From contig OZ024740.1 in assembly GCA_964016885.1 (NCBI GenBank), positions 299,894,001 through 299,958,000 on the forward strand: 64,000 nt of DNA, given 5' to 3'. Shown here piece after piece: positions 53,650-64,000 of the stretch (its first letter is position 1; each line of letters opens with the position of its first letter). This DNA is from Eledone cirrhosa (Eukaryota). Position numbers and translations under genes: made by a program. The notes beneath the pieces are model-generated. The model did no database searches. It saw nothing but the letters and a program-made list of their open reading frames with translations, and was not told the origin of the DNA.

Positions 53650-54790
53650 TCGCAGGGATCGCTGTTGCGATTCTGCGTGCCATTCGAGAATGCAGGCTGA
53701 TCCGGTTCTATGTTACCTTGATCGCCTCGAATGCTCCGAATACAATAAGTTCCGTATAGACAAAAGAAATTCCGACAAGGCCAGTGAGACTAGTTATCAC
53801 AGAATGAGGCCAAGTATCAGACGAATAATGTATTCTGTTGCAATTAAGTGTCATCAAACTGGATATTGCATATCTCTTCAGTAGCTTGTAGTATAATGAC
53901 ATATTGTTAGGGAACACCTGCACCCGGTTGAGTAATGGTCGCGTGCCCCTGACAGAAGCAGCAAAGCTACCTGATTCCTATTTGAGGTTCACATGTTATG
54001 ACTTGTATGGGAACCTCTGATAGAGATCGTGCCAAACAAAGTTTGCGGGCCCACCTACCGTCAAAGGATCCAGGTGCCAGACGTTGAGAGTTGCCATGAT
54101 GCTCAAAGTAACGTTGTCTACCTCGAGAGCGACGAGGATGCGCGCCCAAAGTATGACACTTTTGAACGTCGGTTGGAAATTCTATGACCTTTTCCACAGT
54201 GAGGATCAGGCTCGTTGATCCTCACGCCAAGCAGCCAGTTAATATACGCACTGGACTCCACAATATCAAGCAAAAGCAGGTGATTGTAGTGCAGCTTGTG
54301 GAATGTATTTCTAATGTCAAGCTTGACTATGCAGTGTCTAGACTCACTCTGCATCGGTTCGGGCAGACGTACATTGGAGAACAGTCTAACGGAATCGGCA
54401 GCAACAAAAACCCACTGGCCACACTGACCCACAAGCTGCACAGGGTTGAATTCCTCGTTCAATTTAGGTGCAATAGACTTGCAGATAGCTTTGTTGGCAT
54501 GCATCCAGAAGACTTTGCCTACAGAGATGGGTCATATGCAGCCTTGTTTTATACCGTGAGTGGTTCGGCGGGCCAAAAAGGAGAGTCCTCAAGAATAAGG
54601 GTCGAAGCTGTGATGGATGAACTTGTTAATGACTGCTAGAATTGCGCCCAGAAGGCAGTTCTTGGCCTCATCTGTGAGGGAGACATGAAGTCTTTGTGAT
54701 GGTTGGTGGATGGGGGGGGGGGGGGGGGTCATCGGCATCTTCACTAATACTGACAGGGAAACACCTCGGAGAATAGAAGCATCATTTGAA
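53650..54790 (-). mobile_element. CRE-like RLE non-LTR retrotransposon RT relic
   Basis: PISVGKVFW..K..PVQL..AADSVR..IVKLDIRNTFHKL resembles the CRE RT motifs RPIAVG, PxQLG and KLDFxNAFN. Confidence 0.7.
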
Positions 54791-55339
54791 TACGACGTCA
54801 GCGAAGAAGAAGAAGAGATCCGGATTCACAAGAGACGTAGTATAGATATATAATTGATGAGTAGAATTTTTTATCTATCAGCTTTTCAGGTTTCATTTAT
54901 CTATTTATGAACAAAACTAACATTATATATATTTTCGTTAATTTCCTACCATGTTTTATTTTTCTTATGGGAACTTTAATCATATTTCATTACTTACTAA
55001 ATACATAAATATACATTCATTTCTCCTGCTCTTCATTTATTCGGAAAGGGAATTCTAATATACTTACTTTCTTTTTGTGGGGTATGGTATGGTTTGGTCG
55101 TAATTTTGGTATAGATAGAATTGTGATACTGATCAAATTACTGAATTTAAATTATAATTCATATAAACATTTTAATAGCAGAACTCGTTACAGCTATGAC
55201 GATTTTTTAAAAGAAAAAAAAAACCTGAAGTTATCATGCATATTGTGTTGTTAGTAAAAAGGATGTGGCGTGAAAGGAAGATGAAGTAGCCAAACACTTA
55301 TTTCTCCTTTGTCCCCACTTTGCTTTTCCGGAGTCTCTG

Positions 55340-55640
55340 TCTTCTTCTTCTTCTTCTTCTTCTTCTTCTTCTTCTTCTTCTTCTTCTTTTTCTTCTTCTT
55401 CTTCGTTTTCGCTCACTTATTCCTGAGAGGGTCGTAGGGGCAAGCTTCTCAAGCGGGTCCTGTCAGAAGTAACCGGTTTCCAACTGAACCGGCTGGATTC
55501 CCAGCCGAGCTCATGGATATTCTCCAACCATCTTGCTTGCGTATGTCTGTGTGTGAGGGCTGCTTGTCTACCCTTGGGTCTCGTGCCAGTTGGTTTTGCT
55601 CGTAAAATCCGTCCAATGTTTCTTTCCTGAGACATATTCT
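55340..55640 (-). mobile_element. RTE LINE 3' end with (GAA)n tail
   Basis: RMSQERNIGRILRAKPTGTRPKGR..RWLENI. Confidence 0.8.
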
Positions 55641-56349
55641 AATTACAAGCTACCTGATGAACAGTTCATTATTTTAAATCTCTGTCTCCCATAAAATATA
55701 TATGTCAACTAATGATTTGAAAGTATGATATAGAGATGTACAGGTAACTTATTGACGTACACACTTATAGGGTTGAAGTGTGTAAATATAGGAAAACACA
55801 TGACAAACACAGAGATATGTTGGAGGTGCATGTGTGTTTGGCTGTGTGTATGTTTGCTAAAGACGAAAGAAAATAGGTCATTACAATTCGAACTCAATAA
55901 CTTGATATGTGATGTTTTTCCACTTCAAATGGAAATAGGACACTGTGATGTAAATGAGGTTACAAATAACTAGTTGAATCGATAAACAAACAACTGATGA
56001 GAGAATATGGAAATAAGAAAATCTGTATCAGGAAAACTAACATTGAAATAGCAAATGATTATTTTAGTTTATTTAGATATAATTAGTATATTATGGCCGA
56101 AGATTGCCAAAGCCCAAGGAAGTACTATTAAAGAAGAAAACCAATGAAATTTAAAAAAATATAAATAAGCCCAACATATCTTCAAATATATTAGCACAAT
56201 GAAGACATCGGATATAAATTTAGAACAGAAAGATGGTAAAAGAGAGACTACTAATACGGCGACGACCTCTACCACCAACCACCTCCACAGCCACTGCTGC
56301 TCCTGCTGCTGCTACTACTACTACTACTTATAATAATAATAATAACAAT

Positions 56350-56525
56350 AATTGTTTCTACTTTTGGCATAATGCCAGAAATTACCCAATGCATTACTGG
56401 TACTTTATTCTATCGACTCCGGAAGGATGAAAAGCAAAGTTAACCTCGGCGGGATTTGAACTCAGATCAGGGAGGTAACTCTATGCTTCAAAGCATGGCA
56501 TCCGACCCTCTACCGATACTGCCAA
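56350..56525 (-). mobile_element. SINE, near full length
   Basis: Reverse complement of the 5815 family. Confidence 0.85.
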
Positions 56526-56534
56526 TCCAAATAA

Positions 56535-56837
56535 TAATAATGATGCTTTCTTTATTAACCACAAGGGTTTACACAAAGTAGACATTAAGGACAGTACAGG
56601 ACAATACAGGACGGTACAAATGGGCATTTCTGCGTGTAAAAAAAACAAAAAACAGAGGATGTAACAAAAAAGAACAATGAAAAATTCCCCAATAGGGGGG
56701 AGACTTCCGCGGGCCATCGTGGAAAAAGCCCATTAAGAAAAGCCACGGTGATCCTGACCACAAGGGCAAGTGCCCTTCCCCGTTTTCCTCCTTCAGTTTA
56801 CAGGCATATACTCAGAGTTGGTCCATTCACTCGGGCC
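56535..56837 (-). mobile_element. Tx1-like LINE 3' fragment ending in the TTA/TAA repeat
   Basis: Reverse complement of ~21590-21855. Confidence 0.88.
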
Positions 56838-56935
56838 TAATAATTACTTATCGCAAATCCCAGGAAACCCGCGGATAGAAGAAATAAAAAAGATAGTACT
56901 AATGGGAACTGCCCATATACTGAGGAAGTCTAAAC
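56838..56935 (+). mobile_element. R4/Dong-like LINE extreme C-terminus
   Basis: NYLSQIPGNPRIEEIKKIVLMGTAHILRK. Confidence 0.7.
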
Positions 56936-57064
56936 ACCTAAAGATGCATGTGTGTGTGTGTGTGTGTGTATGCTCTTTCTTGAATATGGCGGACCTTGTT
57001 GTCTCTTGAAGTCACTGGTTCTGACTTGGTGATAACTCGTATGAACAGAAAGCAAAAATATTAA

Positions 57065-57170
57065 TAATGGTTTCTGATTTAGGCACGAGGCCAGCAATTT
57101 TGGTGAGGGGGAAAATCGATTAACTTCGGCGGGATTTGTTTTTGAACTCATAACGTAAAAGGCCGTAACT
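57065..57170 (-). mobile_element. SINE fragment
   Basis: ggcacgaggccagcaatttt..cggcgggattt..gaactca. Confidence 0.7.
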
Positions 57171-59041
57171 CTAATAATAACAACAAAAACTGCAATGACA
57201 ATAATGCCATTTTAATTATTAACACTGTTTTAATCTTAGATTATTAAGGTCGAATAAATATTGGTGCTTAAGCAAATTAGGATATGCTGCAAGAAGATAA
57301 CTCAATGATAAGGAAGATGAATACTTAAAAGAAAAGTGGGCCGAGAAGGAATAGGATACTGTTTAGTGTAATGAAAGCAACTAGTATTGTGGCTCTTCCA
57401 GCACGTCAATCTCGCTGTCCTAGGGACAATTTATCTTCCATCCTATCGGCCGTGAGCCTGAGTCGGGGGGTAAGTTAGTTGGAGTTGGAGGATACTGGTT
57501 TGGACGTCACGTTCTCTTTATTTCTTTAAAACTTTTTTTTTAAACGAAGCCAAATTAATCAGGATAGGATAGTGACAAATTTTAATGTCACAGACAAGCA
57601 TTGCTAACATTAGGATATGACTTGATATACTAGACATCAAGAACATAACGATTGTCATTAAATCTAATACTATTACTCATTTCAAGTACAGATTTAATTC
57701 ATTGAACATTTGTTTAGAATCACTGCATTTTTAAAACAATATTAGCTTGTAATTTAGTACATATTCTTTATATAATAGATAGAGACATTTAGAAATATAA
57801 TATCTGTATTTCCTTACCATGACAGTTTCTTTATTTCATTCCGTTGACGCTTTGATCAAAATGTTTGAAGAAGTGCTCTACTTTAATTCTGTAACACACG
57901 AGAGAGTCATAGGAGCGCCGTAATCACATGGCGCGTTTCTAGGACACTTTAAAATCTGGTGGAGCCAATCCCTATGAGAGTACAAATATTATTTTTTCCT
58001 GGATGGTTTCGTTTTAGCTACTTGTCAGTCTAGTAGAGGGTTGTTGTCAGACTATTGTCATGTACATTGCTAGTTGCCACCTCTTCTATTTCAAAATGAA
58101 ATTATCATATAATATTGCTCAACAGTGTTTGTGTATATACTCTGAACATTGTAGTATTCATTTAATCATAGGTCTGCCTCATCAGATGACAGCAACAAAA
58201 ATATTTGTTCGAGTAGCCAATAGTTGAAAGTCACGGGAGATAAGTTGCGAGAGAGAGAAAGAGAGACAGACAAACAGAGAGTGTTTGTGTTGGTGTGTGT
58301 GCGTGTGTGTGTGGGTGTGTGTGTGGGTGTGAGAGAAAGAGAGAGAGAGAGATGGATGTAGGATAATTTACCAAGAGATAACAATGCAAGCGTCGTAATC
58401 TGAACACACCAGAGCATGACAATCATACATTAGTTAATAAACGGAAATCTCCTGTGGAAGAAAGCCCCAGTGGATCCCATGCTGATAATTGACTCCAGTC
58501 TGTGTGTGTATGTGCGTATCTTTATGTGTGTGGGGGTGGGTGGGGGGGGGGGGGGGTGTAAGTGTGTGTATAGCGAAAGGCGGGATGTAATAACATCAGC
58601 AGTCAGAATACTGCCAACAAAAATAACAAACAGAATCAAGAAACACAGAAGCAAACATTTTATTCAATCTGACCAAACTACAACAATTACATTGATAAGA
58701 TTGGAAACAACAGCAACAAAAATGTACAACAATCAAAAGAGCAGCCGCACTAGCAGCAGTAGCAGCAACAATGAAATATTAGCAGTATAAACATTAATCA
58801 AAATAGCAAATGACAAGGAATAACATCATGCATATTAACGACATAAAACTCTTAAGGAACGGCGACAACAGTAATAACAATCATAGCCGCAAATATTACT
58901 TTAACAAACGACATCAACCAAAGCAGCAAACCAAATGTCACATGACTAACGAATCGTTTAATGATAAATACAGCTGACAGTAACACGCTATGATTGGAAA
59001 AAAAAATCTCACCGTTTCATTATTTGTGTACAGAAAAGAAG

Positions 59042-59081
<40 letters not shown>

Positions 59082-59745
59082 GATTTTTATATCAAAACAT
59101 CTTTTGCGCAATGCGATTAATGAAAGGGCTCAATAAAAGTGGTAAGACTCAGAGTTATGGGGATAATATTTACAATCGTACATCTAATACGAAAAAAAAA
59201 TTGGAAATGAAATAAAACAATATATCAAAATACTTATAAACAGGCATTATATCGCAGGGCACATTGAGTTTGTGATAGATATATATTTATAAAAATCTAT
59301 TTTCAAAAGATGCTTTCGCCATTGTGACTACAAAGATATATGTAGGTGCACTATATCATTAATGTACAACTTCTCACAGGAATCGAAAGACTAAATACGA
59401 CAAATTTCATACGTCACCACCAGCCCAGACAAAGAAATAAGGGGCGCGCTCAAGTGCCGAAATTTACATAAAAAATGTAGTTGAAATTTAAGTTAGGGAA
59501 TGAGTCGATGTAGTAATTACGCCAACAGGTATTTTGTAGTTATATCATACTAATGTTTTTTGGAAAACACTTTTAGTGAGATGGGTTAATTAAACTGAGG
59601 TGAATCAGATTTTGAGTGATGATATACACATTGATGCTTGGATACAGTTGATGCGATAAGACACATGAAAAAAAAGCCACTTATCAAAATTTACAATTTT
59701 GTTAGAAAATACATAACATTGTATATATATATATATATATATATA

Positions 59746-59940
59746 GCGTAGGACAGAACAAAGGAGAGGCACAAAAACAAAGAAAAGAATCCCCAGTCAC
59801 TGAAGAGGTCACAGAATGTGTGACGAAAGAACGTTGACAATATATAAACAACCATCTGGTTGTGGAACAACCAACCAACCGGAAATTTATAAATTCCTAA
59901 ATTTATAAATTTATTATAATAAATTGAAGTGAAAGCAACT
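59746..59940 (+). mobile_element. Family B fragment with hammerhead 59796-59838 (cleavage site mutated)
   Basis: Homologous to 7518-7720; GUCA-CUGAAGAG-GUCAC..GUGAC-GAAAGAACGU-UGAC. Confidence 0.8.
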
Positions 59941-60002
59941 GGAGGGTCAGTGGTTTTTCTCACATCTGTGAGAAAAACCACTGACCCTCCATCTCAACTC
60001 TA

Positions 60003-60038
60003 CTTTTGAAAAGCAGAAGAACTGCGAAACCGGTAAAG
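60003..60038 (+). ncRNA. Minimal hammerhead with U3-A8 core, after a long hairpin (59940-59991)
   Basis: CUU-UUGAAAA-GCAG AAGAA CUGC-GAAA-CCG-GUA-AGG, then AAUAAA and TA. Stem I is only 3 bp. Confidence 0.62.
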
Positions 60039-60104
60039 GAACCAAATAAATATATATATTTAAAAAAAAATAAGACTCCAGTTGCATTTTCGATTTCATC
60101 TTTT

Positions 60105-60153
<49 letters not shown>

Positions 60154-60637
60154 ATTTATTTATTTATAGATGTATGTATGTATGTATGTATATGATTTGT
60201 GGACAGGTCTTTCACAGGCTTTCAGGACTCAAAGACCATTTGGGCTCACGTGCTAGGTAGAAACATACTTATTGCAAGAAGTGGTAATCCGTACATCACG
60301 TTGTCTATTCTTTCGGAAGAGAAATCGACAGAGATTTAGGTAACAAACTCGAATCCATCGTAATATTTCTCTCTCTACATATCTTTAACCATTGTAGCTG
60401 TGGCTACATACATTTTTAGCACACGCTATGCTTTGTTATTATCATTATCGGTATGATTTGTATTCAGCATTTAATTTACTGTATTATTCCATCTACCTGT
60501 TCATATTCAGGGTACTAGTTATCATATATTTTCTTCTGGATTCCCTCAACCTAATAAAAACAATTACATTGCTACCAACGATACAACAGGAGTCACAACC
60601 ATACGCAGAACATCAATAAGATTAACAACCCAACAGT

Positions 60638-60818
60638 GGAAGAAGAAGAAGAAGAAGAAGAAGAAGAAGAAGAAGAAGAAGAAGAAGAAGAAGAAGAAGA
60701 AGAAGAAGAAGAAGAAGAAGAAGAAGAAGAAGAAGAAGAAGAAGAAGAAGAAGAAGAAGAAGAAGAAGAAGAAGAAGAAGAAGAAGAAGAAGAAGAAGAA
60801 GAAGAAGAAGAAGAAGAA

Positions 60819-60855
<37 letters not shown>
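60638..60855. repeat. Long (GAA)n (~60 units) followed by (GAC)n
   Basis: Direct reading; source of the poly-E/D and poly-S ORFs. Confidence 0.97.
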
Positions 60856-60860
<5 letters not shown>

Positions 60861-61459
60861 AATGACGAATTAGTAGAGTAAAGTAAAAATAAGAAGAAGC
60901 AGGGGTAAGAGGAGTACGAAACAGTATATATTAATACTAATAGAAACACATTTTAGAAATTTATAACCGAATAGAATATTTATGATAATAACAAAAGCAA
61001 TTTTTCATTCTATATAGAAATTTCTTTGTGTGTGAAGTTTGTCTATGACAATAAAATAATCTATTTCCTGACTCACAGCAGAATGATAAAATGCCGTAAG
61101 CACAATCAAAATTGAAAAAAAAATTACATCACACATAAATAAACATTGCTTGTAAAGTAAATAAACGTGCCGATCAGATGGTGAATTCTATTGTCTCGTT
61201 GAAATACATGAAATGTATAAAGACCATCGGATTTTCATTTAAGCACACGTTCTTATTCATACATACCCAATATATAATATAGATCAATATGGTATATACA
61301 TTACCCGCTCTCTTCTCTCTGACTACTACTTTCTCTAAACGCCCCATACAAATGAGTATATGTGTATATATCTATAAGTTTATTTCACACTCAAAATCTA
61401 TCTCCCACCCCCCTCTCTCTCTCTCACTCTCTCTCTCCCTCTCTCTCTCTCTATTTTCC

Positions 61460-61494
<35 letters not shown>

Positions 61495-61537
61495 TATATA
61501 TTATATATATATATATTTATATATTTATATATATATG

Positions 61538-61601
<64 letters not shown>

Positions 61602-61606
61602 TATAC

Positions 61607-61652
<46 letters not shown>

Positions 61653-61832
61653 GTCATTATATGTATACGTCATTTCACATAACACAATCTTGTATATAAT
61701 GTAAGATATCAAACAGTGTGTTAAATATAACCCTTGAAGATATGACACGTAAATAAATAGTTAAATAGTATGTATGTATGTATTGTATGTATGAATATAC
61801 GCATACATGTTTCTCTCGCTTTCTCTCTCTCC

Positions 61833-61992
<160 letters not shown>

Positions 61993-62704
61993 CTGTTTGT
62001 GAGTAAGTGAATGTGTGCTGAGTGCGGGCGTACATATGTGAGTAGGTGATTGTCTTTGTTTCTGTGCCTGAAGTTTCGTCAAACTATGCCTGTGTGCGTA
62101 AATTGTAAAAAAATATAGATAGGTGTATTGACATTTAGAAATGCTACAACCAGTCAGAAAATGGAGAATCAGGGAAGTTTTAGTAGTAGATATATCATAC
62201 ATATTACAATGTATTACTGGGCCAATTTCCTGCTTGATGTTTTTGTTTTTAATAAACGACATGTATAACCAATATCTATCTCCTACACTTCTTCCTTTTC
62301 CATCAATGAGATTTTCACGTTTTTCCATTGCTATTATATTCACTAGAATATCAGGAATCTCAGCCAAACTATTGTGGCTTAATATAATTTCGATACTATT
62401 TTCACGGCACCCATCTATATTCGACATTGTTTATTTTAATTTTTGTTTTGTACATTGTATTTGGCAACAATGTCATTTCATTTCTGTCACTCTCTCTCAT
62501 ACGCTCTCTCTCACGCACTTTCTCATTTTCTCATTCTTCCTCTCCTTCTCTTATTCCCTCCCACTATCTCGCATTACCTCTATATTTCATGTACATATAC
62601 ACGTATATGTGTATGTATGTGTATATATATACAGACACACACACACACATATATATATAGATATATATACATATATATATGCTGTATATATATATATATA
62701 TATG

Positions 62705-62840
<136 letters not shown>

Positions 62841-62915
62841 GGTTATACTTTGGGAGGGTCATGTTGCCAATAAGAAACAAACGCACCAGTTGATTTGACT
62901 TCAATTTATTATAAT
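62841..62915 (-). mobile_element. Family B terminal fragment
   Basis: gttatactttgggagggtcatgttgccaataagaaac, as at 7272. Confidence 0.85.
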
Positions 62916-63538
62916 ATATTCTTACCCATACGAAGTCGTCCTCTGGCTAGCTGGATTCGAACTTTGATAATACGAAAATACGAATTTCATTGGTCAATGA
63001 ATGAGTAAGGAAACGACTGAAGCTATGTACGTTCTATTTAAGATGGTGTTTATCTTATCAAATAAAAATGAAATACATTTAAAAGAATTCAATCTTTACG
63101 AATTTTTTTCTATCTCTGCTGTCGGCAGATCAATTTTCTTTACAATTCAATTTTTGGAAATCGTTTGGATTTTATGAACGGATTTCATATGTTTCTCATT
63201 TCTTCATCCATATTTTGTTATTGCTTGACTGGCTACGTTTCTTTATATTTCTTTGTTGGAAGATCCCTACAGGTATCTATGGATTACTTGTTGCATCATC
63301 TTTCATGATGTTTACAAAGACTTTTCACTTAATATGCGTAGGTTTTAATTTAATGCAACCATTTGCAAAGTTTGAAAAAACAGTCTTTATTGAACATAAC
63401 ATACCAAGTGATCGGCTCATATATATATATATATATAAGAGAGTATTGAAGTTTGCTTGAAGCATTGTGAAATAATAAATAAATATCTTTAAGTCGTTTG
63501 GAAGCCTCGACAATGCAAATATAAATATAAATATATAA

Positions 63539-63620
<82 letters not shown>

Positions 63621-63623
<3 letters not shown>

Positions 63624-64000
63624 AACCAGTAAGACCCCGACGGCTGAGCTCAAGCCGTTTCGACGGCTAATTCTGGACCGCATGGTGCGGGTGAAATGAA
63701 TTGAGCTGAGCGGAAAAGTCTGGATACGGCGTGGTAGGGTCGGAAAGTGCTCTACTACGGGAGTAGGAGCTAGATAACGAAGGAAATGTGGTAAGGAACC
63801 AGGTGGACCTAACGCACCAAAGTACTCAATACTTGGGGTAGTAGAGTGGGTAATAGGAACCAGTAAGACCCCGACGGCTGAGCTCAAGCCGTTTCGACGG
63901 CTAATTCTGGTCGGGGTCTTACTGGTTCCTATTACCCACTCTACTACCCCAAGTATTGAGTACTTTGGTGCGTTATGGTCCACCTGGTTCCTTACCACAT
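63621..64000. mobile_element. Family A insertion: 234-bp partial tandem plus inversion at ~63910
   Basis: aggaaccagtaagaccccgacggc at 63621 and 63855; inverted arm from ~63910 to the window end. Confidence 0.85.

Overview
AT-rich, microsatellite-dense animal DNA made almost entirely of repeats. The tRNA-derived SINE family and repeat landscape suggest an octopus or other coleoid cephalopod (inference). I found no supportable host protein-coding gene; nearly all track ORFs are microsatellite artefacts or transposon relics. Relics include three Penelope-like elements (PLEs), a near full-length Tx1/L1-type LINE with a nested RTE, R4/Dong-like, Hero-like, CRE-like and RTE LINE fragments, hAT and mariner transposase relics, a non-autonomous Helitron and many SINEs. 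The main signal is a dense set of type I hammerhead ribozymes (HHRs), folded by eye. There are about 20 intact or near-intact copies plus several degenerate ones, from at least 8 unrelated sequence families, in elements that mostly abut (TA)n. They occur in a 310-bp tandem array with a central inversion (10 HHRs), a 539-bp tandem, a 2.03-kb non-coding element with terminal redundancy, PLE pseudo-LTRs (pLTRs) and short fold-back elements. This pattern fits a PLE/retrozyme (circular RNA, rolling-circle reverse transcription) system. Two points look least described: four families carry a compensatory U3-A8 core (UUGANAA; one also has A6>G), and the 2-kb element holds a duplicated, apparently covarying structured RNA of unknown class. 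All folds and family assignments are manual; no searches were run.
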